From Chrysomallon squamiferum (Eukaryota; Animalia; Mollusca): DNA of 64,000 bases. The notes under the pieces are model-generated. The model was not told where the DNA came from, searched no databases, and saw nothing but the letters and a program-made list of their open reading frames with translations. Positions within the stretch are counted from its first letter, which is position 1, and the number at the start of each line of letters is the position of its first letter. Shown piece after piece: positions 24,511 through 39,168 of this stretch. The DNA lies in the NCBI GenBank assembly GCA_012295275.1, contig CM022670.1, forward strand, positions 14,384,001-14,448,000. The letters run 5' to 3'. The translations under genes were made by a program, and so were the position numbers.

Positions 24511-27099
24511 AACGAGAACGAAAGATAATACGTTAAAGTCTAAATCACACGCTATCATCTATAATAGTTAACAAACGAAGCATTTTACGATTGAATTGAC
24601 AAAAAAAATGGACAACAAAAAAAAAAAAAATATCCTATATAATGTTTCCATACGTAATCTTTTCAATCGGTTATCAGAATAACTTGTGCTGCCTATTTAA
24701 ATTTAGCTTGTATTATTGTAAAATAATCTTAGTAAGAAAGATTGTGGGGGTTTCTCTGCTGCGTAAATGTGTTTTTCTAGTTGACAATTTAATTTTCCAT
24801 ATATGGGCTCGTTCTGGATAAGTGTTCATTTTCTAGCTTTTAGTTTAATTGCGTAACGAGGACAGACGTTTACTCGATCTAGTCAGCAATACAAATAATA
24901 TCAGTTGATCAACTCTTTCAAATTTAATATTTAGTAGATTATTGTGTGTCGATTTCCAGGCTTTACTCATAAGAAACGCGATTCTGCTTGTCAAAAGTAT
25001 CTTGCCCCACGCTGTCAGGGAGATAGCGTTGTCTGTCCAACAATTTGTTAGTGTGTTAGTATGTTAGTAGATTACCGATAATGAATGAATGAGTAAGAAC
25101 AGTACGAAGTAGTATTACATGAGTTATTGGGTCTCACACTGAACATATTACAACACGATCATTTATTTACAATCTCATAAGTTATATTTGGTTAGAACAA
25201 TGTTCATTTGTCGAATAAAGCACTGCCCATTCTAAAAAACTGAGTTTGTCTGTGTGTGTGTTTATGGAGAATAAATTGTTACAGTCGAGAAATTTCAACT
25301 TTCTTCTGTGAGCTCTTCTAACCTACGCAAGACTGATAAACAAAGACCGTGTTTGTACATTCCCAATTTATCTATGAAATGTGTACTTAAAATATACCTT
25401 ACAGCTAACTGAAACTATATAGCTGGTATTATTGTTTAAAACATCTACAGAGAAGTTGTTAACCGGGAAGGAGTCACGGTTAACTGAACACGAATTCGTG
25501 GCTTTAACTCGCTTTGTTACTTTTCATGTGCTGCTATGCAATAAGGCTAACTTTGAACATGCAAACTACGAGTACATGTATGCAGTGAAAATTATTAACT
25601 GAGTTTATATTAGTCTGTTATAAATTATATATATATGAAGATGATTATGATGATGATGGTGATAAAATAATATTAATAGCATTGTTTGCGTCATTGTGTG
25701 AATTGCAAGTAGATATGTTGATATTGTACAGATGATCATACATTTTATCCAGAAGCAGAACACGAATTATAGCTAGTTAATTATTTGTGTGAGATGTACA
25801 ACAAACAAAACAGAAATAGTAGCCACTACATTTAATTTGTCAATGAATGTGTGTTTTATTGACGATTTTAGTTCTTACTATTGAAAGTAGCTGGTAATTA
25901 AAGTAAAGCAACAACTGGCATCGATATAAACTATTGGTTTTCAATACGATTAATCTTCATATATAACATTTTATTTGTTTAGAAAGTTTGAGTGCATCAC
26001 TATTATTGTCGCTGAAGTAAACATGCTGGATCACTTGATTAGCTAAATACACTGTGGAGTTGACTTGTTTGAGAGACAAAGATGTGTTCAAGGTTAACAC
26101 GCTGAGTCGAGGCGAGGTTGGTGCAGCATGAATCAGTCTCTGAGAGTATTCATTCCTACAACGAATAATTAATTAATTTATTTATTCTTGGGTATTTAAT
26201 AATAGAGACATGCTCATACATGTTTTGTACATACATGTTTTGGTTGAATATATAAATTCAACTTGCTAATGGGAACTGTCAATAAAACGAAATAAAAATC
26301 AATATACATATTTGTACATTAAATGTATTAAAATTGTTTTTATTTTTAATTATAATTTGTTTGAAGAAATTTTTCTCTTATTTGTCATCAACATCGTCAT
26401 CATCTTGCAGCAGGCATTTCAGCCAGTATTACCATCTCTACCATTAAATCAATAAACAGATTGGGATTAAGCCTGTTAAACAAATTAGTGAAGCCGCACC
26501 CGTGACTCCTTCAACTACACGTCGTTTACATTATAGCCAAGTCATCTGCGATCAGTTTCTCAACCGGGAAGTTTCTTTATTCTGTAAACCGGATTTAACT
26601 TGTGAATATTAGCTTTCGAATACACAGTATTGCGTGTTGGTGAATAACAAGGTAGTTTTATTTTGAAAAAGAAATTAGGTCGGTTACTCAGGGGCGTATT
26701 ATACTTTAGGTAGACAGGTTTTCCGAAAGGGAACGTAAATGTTTATAATTTGAAATTGTAAGTTTTATATATATATATATTTCAGATTGTTCAGAAAGAG
26801 AAAAAGAAAGAAAGCAATATTAGTCTGAGTGTTATCAAAGAGTTTCTCCAAATATATTGTTTGCTTTTCTTGTACACTTGAGTAATAATATCAACAACAA
26901 CACTAATTATTAAGAAGAAAAACATTATACATTTGAATTTCTCTTCTTAAATTAAACGACAGAAATGGTTACGCTAGAATTACCATAAAGTAGATCGTGG
27001 GATAAAAACCACTAAGGATAAAGATGATGATCATAATAATACTGATGATGACGATCCATTTTAAATTGTTGAATTGAAGAAGCTGACGACGACGATGAT

Positions 27100-28535
27100 G
27101 ATGAAGTGAAAGTTGTAATGATCATGACAGTGTTTCAACAAATGCACCATGTGATGTATAGTATGGAAACTGTGGTACTGAGGAATGTCAGGCAGGCTGG
27201 AAAGGAACTGACTGTTCCCAAGGTTGATGTCTTTTAGATATTTTACATATTTTTCTAATTTGCAATATATTCATGAAACTGTGCAATAAAAAAAAATATA
27301 GTTAAAGCCATTTTCTTTAATTCTTTTACAATGCATCTTTTTTAACACTGCTTAATAAAAAGATTGAAATATCTTTTAATATCTGCTTAGTCCCTTCGTC
27401 TGTATCGAGTTTGATCGTTCGGTTTAGCTGTTACTTGGTGTTTATTTGGTGAATTAGTAATCATTTCATTAATTTAGTGTACACTTGACCATTTTTGAGA
27501 ATAGGCATTCGTCATTTATGTTCGTACAATTATTAATCTCTTTCCAGCAATCATTTTAGTATCTACGTACGTACGTAAATGTAACAAAAATTGTAGAGAT
27601 CGTCAATTTTAGAAACTCCTGTGTTGTACAGTATGGAAATTGTGGTACTAATGGATGTCAGACAGGATGGAAAGGAAATGACTATACAAAAGGTACACAT
27701 ATTTTATACATTTTTCTACTTGCAAATATTCATGTAATTATGTTGTTAAATTTATTTATTTCATAAAAACAAAAAATCTTTTTAAAAATCTGTTTTTCTT
27801 AAACATTATTTTTTAATAGAAGTACGGGGCTTTATGTATTTAAACGAATTTACTTGTAAGCTGTAAAATGTTACTTTTAAGTACTGATTTTAGTCAGATA
27901 TTATTTCTATATCAGCTTGTACATATTATACCAGTTACGGACGAAACTTTAACAAACTGTGTTACCAGTGGATGCCAGGCAGGCTGGAAATGAATAGACT
28001 GTAATCAAGGTTCACGTCTTTTACACTGTTTTGTAACTGTAAAAATGTTCATTTATCTGTGCTGTTAAATATTACAGTTGAAGTTATTTATTTTGTTTAA
28101 CCCATTTAGAAGAATACTCTTTTAAAGTTTTTCGTTTTAATACATGCATTAATTTTTTATGTATTATTTTTCTTTCTTAAAACTTATCTCTCAATCTATT
28201 TCTTTGTGTTTAGTTAAGTCGTTAAGTTTTATCTGTTCGACAGTGTATTACTTACTAATCACTTTTACATGTTTTCATATTGCAGTTCAGTGCATACTTG
28301 ACCTTTGTCATCACCACTATTACAAATAAGAATTCATCATTTATGTTCGTACTATTTTTAATTATTATTACTTTTTCCAGCTTGTACACTTCTTTCTACT
28401 TACGGATTTAATTGTAATAAACTGAGTCAGAATCGCCACTGTTCGTCAACAAATGCATCGTGTGATGTACAGTATGGAAATTGCGGTAAGGATATAGCGT
28501 CAGGCATGATAGAAAGGAAGTGACTGCACACAACG
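27100..28535 (+). pseudogene. Four tandem decayed EGF-like exons
   Basis: 27105-27222 SESCND..STNAPCDV*YGNCGTEECQAGWKGTDCSQ|gt; 27565-27692 KCNKNCRDRQ..YGNCGTNGCQTGWKGNDYTK|gt; 27916-28010; 28381-28534 ag|CTLLSTYGFNCNKLSQNRHCSSTNASCDVQYGNCG. All align to the RPTP exon CELNVKYGSNCEKLCEKRHCVNTNSSCDVQTGKCDTAGCTAGWTGTDCTQ. Confidence 0.8.
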
Positions 28536-30024
28536 TAACCATTTCTTTATGAATTGTGATAAATGTATTTAAACGAAAACACCATAGTGATTTGACTCAT
28601 ACTTTAGAAACTCCTTGTTGCTTTTGTTTACATCGTTGGTGTATTACACATGAAATCGTGTTTGGATCTTATGCATTTGAGGAAAATATTGTGTACAAGC
28701 AAATATTCATAGTAATTCAAGACCAATACTGTAAATACATTACAGTCTAGTTAGACGGATCACAGGATGGGAATTCTGTTGCATGTGCTGCAGTTTATCC
28801 ATTATCTACAATACCTTTCCACACACTGCCTGACTACAGTCAGCTTTTCGTTCTTAAATGAACTAAAACATTTGCATGCATCAATAACCGACTCCCTTTC
28901 ACGTCTCTAAGATCACAAAACATGAAACTGCATCATTGCCTAAATGGGATGTTGATATTAAAGAAACAAATGATTATGATAAACTAGATACTGATGTTGC
29001 CAAGTAACAAATAGATACAGATATTATAGTTTGACATTAAAATATTGCATTTGTAAATTACACTAACGTAATGCCTAATTATCTATGCATGCTTTTGTAT
29101 ATGTACGTATATGTGTATACATGCATGCAAGGATGCACATATACATGTAAATATGTTTATATGTGTGCCCTTATAGGTTTGTGTATAATCTAATATGTAA
29201 TATTTTCACAATATCTGACATACACTTGGTAATACCATAGTTCGTTGTTTTCAACGTATTAGCTCACTGACATTTATTATATAAACACTGGACTTTCTCC
29301 ACTTTTACTAGTGCCGTCTGAAGCACTAATAGTTTAATCAGATTTTTGTTATTACGTTTTAATTTTGTCATAAGGATTTGCCTGTTCTGCAACATCAGTA
29401 TTTAATTTATCGTAATCATTTATTTCTTGAGTGTTATCAGTTTCATATGAAGTATTTTCATAGACAGATTGTGGCATATCACAAACGGAAACTGTAATGA
29501 GCAGATACTTTATCAATAAATAACAGGACTATACAAATTTCTCTGTTTTAAAATATTTGAATTGTAGCTTAATTTGTGTAGCTTCCTGCCAATAAACTAT
29601 TTATCTCCCTATATAACTATGTACGTATGTATGTATGTATTGAAGTATTATTGCCATTAGTTGGAGGACAGCTGTATAACTTGAGACCAGGCCGATCTGT
29701 AGATTGTTATCTCCTTAGAGCCGAGCTAAATCGGGTAGCTATATGCCCAATACAGGGATGTCTGTATGTACAAGTAGGGCTGTGTTGTGAAGGTTAGACC
29801 TCCCGTGACAATGACACATCCTTTTTTATTCGTCACTTAGAACATGATACTGTTTGGTATTGTGCATTGTGTTTTTTTCCAGAAACATCGTCGAAACGCG
29901 CTGCAGTTATTGGAGTAGTATAGCGCAACAGTAGACGGTACACGTTTGAAAGAAACCAGTGTTACTGTTCATTCCGCTTTACCTACACTCACGGATACTG
30001 TTAAAAATAACAACAGACAAGAAA

Positions 30025-30040
30025 ATGGAGAAAAAAGCAG
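30025..30040 (+). other. Orphan dispanin first coding exon (MEKKA, phase 1) with intact donor
   Basis: gaaaATGGAGAAAAAAGCAG|gtaagt is identical to exon 1 of copies A and B. This block has no downstream exons of its own. Confidence 0.8.
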
Positions 30041-30547
30041 GTAAGTTCTCATACATTATTATTATTTTCGGTTAAAGAAGTCATTAATAGCCGTAAAATA
30101 TAAAAGCACTAGAGAATGAAATAACAAAATATACTATTAGTACATATTTTCGACATATTTGAATGTTGTATTATTTACTGCTTGACGTCGTTCGAGAAAG
30201 AGATCAGGGTTGCTTCGACATTAGCAGGCGAATCTCGTGTTATTTTCAATGTTCTTTAAATTATTTTCAGTATGTCCAATGTTGTGGTGAGCTATATTTT
30301 GGAAACATTTATGAACAAACATTTCAATAGTTGATTTTAAGTTGTAAACATTAAGGATGACATTAATAACGATAACTGTAATACCAACTGATTTTATATA
30401 TATATATGTATATACACACACACCGACACCTGTGTGTGCTTGTATACAAAGACGTACACACAGAGATGCATACATACATTCATACGAGTAATTACATAAT
30501 TATGAATAATTTACAAAATAGTAGTAGTAGTAGTAGTAGAAATAATG

Positions 30548-30594
<47 letters not shown>

Positions 30595-32267
30595 TATCAT
30601 CATCATCATAATAATACGATGTAACAGTAATAAAAAGATAAAGAACTTTGTAAATTTCACACGCTAAACCAGGAAGATTTATTCAGCCAGCCCTTTCAAT
30701 TCATGTTTCAACAATTACTCTATAAGCAACGCCCACTTAGATAGTGTTACTGTGTCCTACAAGCTAACATCCAAAATGGCTGAATCGGTAGCAGACGCCG
30801 TAGCTGATCTAAACAATATGCCAGGTGATGTGTCGGTTTTATATCTTCGGACCTTTCCAGAAAAGCAGAAGAGAAAGGTTTAAATTATTTTACGCAAAGC
30901 TACATCCACAATAAAATCGAAAGTGAAGACGAGATGCTGTCGTTCCATTAGGAAATATGACTGAATATTCACGTTTACTTGGAGAAGAAACCGCCAGAGA
31001 CTAACTGCTCATGTAATGCTGGATATGTATATTTTGGTATTAAACTGATATTACAGCATGATTTATTTTGGTGGAAAGAAAAAGAAAAGTAACAAATCAG
31101 AATATAAGAAATGACACACGTGTCTTAAAGCTGCATTTTCAAAACAATGTGTAATAATTGAACATTTACAATAGATTGCCCAAATGTTTTGTTTTAATTC
31201 ACCTCACAACCAATTTTAGTTATATGGGCATCTATATCATTCATACTTAGGTAATTCGAATATATAGCTAATTATCAACTGTGTATATTATTATTATTTG
31301 AAAACTTGCTTATAAATGACTTTCTTTTTGAGAGTATGGTCGTCCGCATAGTCGAATCCCTTTTAAACATTTTTCTCGTAAAAATGTCAAATGCTGTCCA
31401 CTTTCGTACCGTTCATCCGATTTGCATGTTCAATCACATCAGTTCACCACTGTGCCTATGAATAATGCCTTCTAAGAAAGAAAGTATTAACGCTTGGTGA
31501 ACAACTGAACGAAACAGTATCAACATAAAAATATAACAGAGACTTTGTGTGTTGTTTTTTTAATCATTTTAAGCAGTTTTTATTTTTAATGACTTTGTCC
31601 TCATTTTTTAGCAAAGTATCGTGCTGCTCCACATATACATACAAACACCCAGACATACATACACACATACGTACATACATACGTAATCTTTTGATTCGGA
31701 TATGAGAATAACCTGTGCTTCCCTATTTAAATTTAGCTTGTATTATTGTAAAATAATCGTAGTAAGAAAGATTTTAGGGATTTCTATGCTGCGTAAATGT
31801 GTTTTTTTTAGTTGACAATTTAATTTTCCAGATATGGGCTCGTTCTGGATAAGTGTTCATTTTCTAACTTTTAGTTTAATTGCATAACGAGGACAGACGT
31901 TTACACGATCCAGTCAGCAATACAAATAATATCATTTGATCAACTCTTCCAAATTTAATTTTTGATAGATTATTGTGTGTCGATTTCCAGGCTTTACTCA
32001 TGTGAAACGTGACTCTACTTGTTAAAGGTATCTTGCCCCACGCTGTCCGGGAGACAGCGTTGTCTGTCGAACAATTTGTTAGTGTGTTAGTATGTTAGTA
32101 CATTACTGATAATGAATGAATGAATAAGAACAGTATGAAACAGTATTACATTAGCTGCTAAGTCTCACACTGAACATATTACATCGCGATCATTTATTTA
32201 CAATCTCATTAGTTATATTTGGTTAGAACAATGATCATTTGTCTAATAATGGAATGTTCAGTTCTAC

Positions 32268-32301
<34 letters not shown>

Positions 32302-34918
32302 CTGCATATGTTTAAACACTTCACTAGAAGATATGATGACGCGATCTGAAGACTAAAAATAGTTAAATCTGTTATTCAACCTCTGAATGATACTTGAGTG
32401 GTAAACAAAGACTGAAATGTGTAATTAAAATATACCTTACTGTTAACTGAAAACACATAGCTGGTATTATTGTTCAAAACATATACAGATAAGTTGTTAA
32501 CCGGGAAGGTGTCACGGTTGACTGTACACAAATTCATGAATTTAACTCGCTTTGTTACTTTTCATGTGCGGCAACGCATTAAGGCTAACTTTGAACATGA
32601 AACTACGGGTGCTTATACAGTCAAAATTATTAACTGAGTTTATATTAGTCTGTTATAAATTACATATATATATGAAGATGATTATGATGATGATGATAAA
32701 ATAATATTAATAACAATGTGTGCGTCATTGTGTGAATTGCAAGTAGATATGTTGATATTGTACAGAAGATCATCACACATTTTATCCAAGAGCAGAAAAC
32801 GAATTATAGCTAGTTAATTATTTGTGTGAGATGTACAAGAAACAAAACAGAAATAGTAGCCACTACATTTAATTTGTCAATGAATGTTTTATTGACGATT
32901 TTAGTTCTTACTATTGAAAGTAGCTGGGAATTAAAGTAAAACAACAACTGACATCGATATAAACTATTGGTTTTCAATACGATTTATCTCCATATATAAC
33001 ATTTTATTTGATTAGAAAGTTTGAGTGCATCACTATTATTGTCGTTGAAACACACTGTGGAGTTGACTTGTTTGAGAGACAAAGATGTGTCCATGGTTAA
33101 CACGCTGAGTCGAAGCGAGGTTGGTGCAGCATGAACCAGTCTCTGAGAGTATTCATTCCTACAACGAATAATTAATTAATTAATTTATACTTGGGTATTT
33201 AATAATAGGAACGTGCTCATACATCCATTCATACATGTTTGGTACAAACATGTTTTGGATGAATATTTAAAATCATCTTGCTTAAGGGAAATGTGAATAA
33301 AACGAAACAAAAATCAATTCGCATATTTGTACATCTATTTAAATTGTTTTTATTTTTAATTATAACATCGTTCAAGACATTTTTCTCTTCATCGTTTTTA
33401 TTTGTCATCAACATCGTCATCATCTTGCAGCAGGCATTTCAGCCAGTATTACCATCTCTACCATTAATTCAATAAACAGATTGGGATTAAGCCTGTTAAA
33501 CAAATTAATGAAGCCGCACCCGTAACGCCTTCAACTACACGTCGTTTACATTATAGCCAAGTCATCTACGACCAGTTACTCAACCGGGAAGTTTCTTCTT
33601 TTTGTAAACTGGATTTAACTTGTCAATATTAGCTTTCCAATACACAGCAATGCGTGTTGGCGAATAACAAGATAGTTTTATTTTTTTTTAAATATGTCGG
33701 TTACTTAGGGGCGTATTATACTTTACGTAGACAGGTTTTATGTATATTTCAGATTGTTCAGAAATACAAAAGAAAGAAAGCAAGATTAGTCTGAGTGTTA
33801 TCGATATAAATGTATTGTTTGCTTTTCTTGTACACTTGAGTAATAATATCAACAACAACACAAAGTATAATGGAGAAAAATGTTGTAAATTTGATTTTCT
33901 CTTCTTAAATTAAACGAAAGAAATGGTTACTCTAGAATTATAAAATAGATATTGGGATAAAAACTACTAAGATAAAGATGATGGTCATAATAATACTGAT
34001 AATGACGATCATTTTTATATTGTTGAATTGAAGAAGCTGACGACGACGATGGTGATAATAATTTATCAAATTGAAGAGGAGGACAATAGGAAATAGGGAT
34101 GATAAAGAATGATATATTAAACTTTGTTTCACTTACTTATACCTCCACAATGTACACTGCTGTCGCGTGCTCATCATCTATTTTTCGTTTTAGTAAAATT
34201 CTCATATTTAGTGTTGTTGTTACAAGTGATGATTGCTGAATCAGGACTATCAGATATATTTGATGGTAATGTTACCTGTATCTTGTGTTATATGTACTCT
34301 GTACAACGTTTCCATGTATCTGCACACCATTTCTCCTGAATGTGAATGAAATATATGAAAACAGATATATATAAATAAAAACTTTGCTGAGATTATATCA
34401 CAAACTACTTTTTGTATAAGTTAATGTATTGGTTTATTTATAATCATGTTGGAAGTAGATTTTGTTGGTATGTTTGGGTGATAGTAAAAGCATAAGAAGG
34501 AAGAACAAGTTTTATTTACAGACATTTAGATCTTTTTCTTTTAAGTTAAAATATACCTATCTCAAAATGAAAATTTGTCTTCCTTCTTACGTATTTTCTT
34601 GATCCTCTTTTTCGCCAAGAGCAATACTTGTTTGTAGCTGTATGAATAGACTCTCCCTAATCTATACTGCCCAGATTCATAGCATTATCATAATATTCTT
34701 TGCTTAAATAAGAACTCGTGTACGTAGTTTGTTTAGAACCCCATCTAATTGTATAAAGAAACTGTTAGAGGTAAATAGTTTTAAAAAGTAAATACACTTA
34801 CTGTTAATAACACTTCTACAATAACAACTGTTACTTTTAATGTTACTACTATGGCTACTAGTATTACTATTACTATAATTACTTGTAGATAATCTCGTCC
34901 TTGTTAACGAAAACCCGG

Positions 34919-35010
<92 letters not shown>

Positions 35011-37235
35011 TACATATACATATACATATATATATAAGTGGACAATATTTCATTGACATTTGTAAATATATCCACACAACAAAACACATAGATCATTTTA
35101 ATTATTATTGCTTTTCCAGCATGTAGCACTCTGCGGATCAAACTAATAAACTGTGTTACCAGTGGATGTCAGGCAGGCTGGAAATGAACAGACTATATTC
35201 AAGGGTCACGTCTTTTAAATAGTTTTGTATCTGTACAAATTTTCATTTATCTGTACGGTTAAATAGTACGGTTATATATTATTGAAGTTATTTATTTTAC
35301 TTAACTCTTTTAGAAGAATACTGTTTTAAAGTTTTTCGTTTTAATACTTCTTTAAAAGAAGTACAGTGCTACATGCATTAATTGTTGCTGTATTATTTGT
35401 CTTTCTTATCACTTATCTGTCAATCTGTTTCTTTGACTGTGTTTAATTAAGTCAGTTTTGCAGTGTATTACACTAATCACTTTAACATGCTTTCATATTG
35501 GAAACCAGTGCATACATGATCTTGCGGTAGGGATATAGATGTCAGGCAGGATGGAAGGGAACTGACTGAACACAACGGAACCATTTCTTCATGAATTGTG
35601 ATAAATGTCTTTAAACCAAAACCCCATAGTGATTTAACTCATACTTTTGAAACTCCTTGTTACCTTTATTTACATCCTTGGTCTTTTACAACACCTGAAA
35701 TTGTGTTTGGATCTTACGCATCTGAGGAAATGTGTTGTGTACAAGCAAATGTTCATAGTAATTCAAGACCAATAGTTTAAATACATTACGGTCTAGTTAG
35801 ACGGATCACAGGATAGGAATTCTGTTACATGTGCTACAGTTTATCCATGATGTACAATACCTTTCAACACACTGCCTGACTACAGTCAGTTTTTCGTTCC
35901 TAAATGAGCTGAAGCATTCAACTGCATCAATGTTTTCTTTTTAACCGACTCACTTTCACATCTCCAAGATTACAGAACATGAAACTGCATCATCGCCTAA
36001 CTGGGATGTTGATATTAAAGTGTATCCTTTAAAGAAACAAATGCTTATGATAAACTATATACTGATGTTGCCAAGTAAAAAATAGATACAGATATTACAG
36101 TTTGACATTAAAATTTTCCATTTGTAAATTATCCTAACGTAATGCCTAATTATCTATGTCATGTATGCATGCATTTATATATGTACGTATATGTGTATGT
36201 ATGTGTATACATGTATGCAATGACGCACATATGCATGTAAATATGTGTGTATGTGTAATTTATAATGTTTAAAAAATTAACTTGTTTATACCATAGTTCG
36301 TTGTTTTACACATAACAGCATCACTGACATTTATTATATAAACACTGGGTTTTCTCCACTTTCACTAGTGCCTTCTGAAACACTAAGAGTCTAATCAGAT
36401 TTCTGTTATTACGTTTTAATTTTGTCATAAGGAGATCCGTGTCCAGCAACGTCAGTGTCTAGATTATCATAATCATTTATTTCTTGAGTGTTATCAGTTT
36501 GGTATGAAGTATTTTCATAGTCAGGCTGTGGCATATCTCAAACATAAACTGTAATTAGCAGAGAGTTTATCAGTAATGAATTCTGCTATAAGATTTTCTC
36601 CGTCACGTAATAACTATTAATTTTAAATACTGCCGAGGTGTAGTTAAACATTCGTTACCTCTTACTAATTAACCAGGTTTCAAACAATAGATTTTCTATA
36701 CAATAGGTGTTAACTGCTTTTAACTGTACAGTAGTTGGGCTGTTGTTTGTTTTGTTAAATGATTTTAAAATGTTTTAATTCTAAATTAATTTGTGTGGCC
36801 TTTTGCCAAGAATCTATTTAACTCTCTTTGTATATATGCGTGTATTAATGTATTATAACGATGAGTCGGAGGACATGCCGATCTGCAGATTATTATCTCC
36901 TTAGAGCCGAGCCAAATCGGGTAACCAACCATCTGCCCGATACAGGGAAGTCTGTATGTAAGGCTGTATGGTGGAGGTTAGATCTCCCGTGACAATGACA
37001 TACACTTTTTTATTTGTCGTTGAGAACGAAAGCCTGTTTGGTATTGTGCAATGCCTTTACTGGTTTGTTCCAGAAGCAGTGTGTACTGAGACGCCGCAGT
37101 TATTGCAGAAAACTTTACGTCATACGTCTTTGCAGAATAGTAAACGGTAAACGTTCGAAAGAAATCAGTGATACTGTACATTCTAGCTTTGCCTACACTC
37201 ACGGACACTGCTAAAAAATAACAACAGATAAGAAA

Positions 37236-39018
37236 ATGGAGAAAAAAGCAGGTAAGATCTCATACAAAAGTTTTTTTTTTTTTTTTTTTATAAAGAAACA
37301 ACTTCAAACGTCCTCTACAGGCTGCAGTCTAAATAACATATATAAATTTCACACGCTAAATCAGGAAGATTTATTCAGCCAGACTTTTGAATTCATATTT
37401 GCACTATTACTCCTTAAGCCACGCCCCCTTTGTTAGTGTTACTATGTCCCACAAGCTAACATCCAAAATGGCGGAATCGGTAGCAGACGGCGTAGCTGAT
37501 CTAAACATTATTCCAGGTGATGTGTCGGTTTCATATCCTCGTGCTTTCCAGAAAAGCAGAAGAGAAAGATTTAAATTATTTTACGCAAAGCTGCATCCAC
37601 AATAAAACCGAAAGTGAAGCGAGATGCAGTCGTTCCATGAAGAGAAATGACTGCATATTCTCGTTTTCTTGGAGAAGAGACAGTTTTCACAGGCTAACTG
37701 CTCATGTAATGCTGGATGTGTATATTTTGGTATTAAACTGATATTGCAGCATGGTTTATTTTAGTGGAAGGAAAAAAAGAAAAGTAACAAATCAGAATAT
37801 AACAAATGACACATGTGTCTTAAAGCTGCATTGTCAAACCAATATGTAATAGCTGAACATGTACAATAGATTGCCCAACTGTTTACTTTGAATTCACCTC
37901 ACAACCAATTTTGGTCAAATGGGCATGTATATCATTCATAGTTAGTTAATTCACATATATATCTAATTATAAACTGTGTGTATTATTATTATTTGAAAAC
38001 TTGTTTATAAATGACTTTCTTTTTGAGAGTATGGTCGTCCGCGTAGTCGAATCCATTTTAAACATTTTTCTCATACAACAAAGGAAGTATTGACGCTTGC
38101 TGAACAACTGAACAAAACAATAATCAACATTAAAAATAGTACAGAGACTGTGTGTTTTGTAAAGAGACGGTTTTAAGGTGTGTCAGAAATGTTTTGAACT
38201 TGATATAAATCTTTACACTTTACAGAGGAATACACATAAAGCTAGTTTATTTGGATTACTGACATTTGGTTTATACCTCAATGACACAGTATTAAATGGA
38301 AACAAAACAAAACAATACAAAGAATAGAAGAAAAAAAAAATTTTCATAAAAAATAAGTAAAAATGAGTATACAAATTATAATAAATAAAAAGAAAATAAG
38401 AAAAAAATACATAATTAGAAGAAGAATAAAAAATCCCTATAATTTCTCCACCTCAAATAATACAAAATACGAACCAAATAATAAAAAAATTAAATAAATA
38501 AAAAATAAAAATAATAAATAAATAAAATAAATAATAATAAAAGTTAAATAAAATATAAATAGTATAAAAATAAATACAAAAACAAATAAATACAGAAAGA
38601 AGGTTCCTGTCCGTTAAAACAAATAAATAAAGGCATATACACAGAAATGATATTGCTGGACCTATAAATATTATTAAAATACAAGCTGAATACAAAAATA
38701 AAAAAAAAAAAAAATAATATATATATTTGGAGATTCTGATTTTTTTTTTTCTATTCTTTCTTTCTTTCTTTCTTTTGTTCTAATCTCTTTATATGCTATG
38801 TAACAGAACATTGAAAGGCAAATATAATCAGGTATTTTTATTTCATCCTCAATTAGAAAAACGTATTTTTCATATCGTAGGTTGGTGAAACGTTCATAAA
38901 GAAAATTGATATACATATTTAAAATTTATTTCAGAGGCTGGTTACAAAGAGCGTCCACGCCAAAATGTAAGTATTTTCAAAATGTAAAAAATATAAATTT
39001 GGTTTTCCACACATAAAT

Positions 39019-39050
<32 letters not shown>

Positions 39051-39101
39051 TTATTTTATTAATTATATTGTATTTATTCTCATTTCATTAAAACAATTCA
39101 A

Positions 39102-39168
<67 letters not shown>

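Larger units (their letters stand above)
24651..31555 (+). repeat. Third (tandem, truncated) copy of the ~7-kb dispanin upstream block
   Basis: 24651 (tacgtaatcttt...cctatttaaatttagcttg) recurs at 31680, and 24796 corresponds to position 1. Homology ends near 31555, equivalent to ~6520. Confidence 0.9.

Noticed and set aside
27184-28525. ~30-bp motif recurring at 300-550-bp spacing (CRISPR-like or enhancer array?)
   Set aside because: Spacing and eukaryotic context do not fit CRISPR; explained as the ends of decayed EGF exons.
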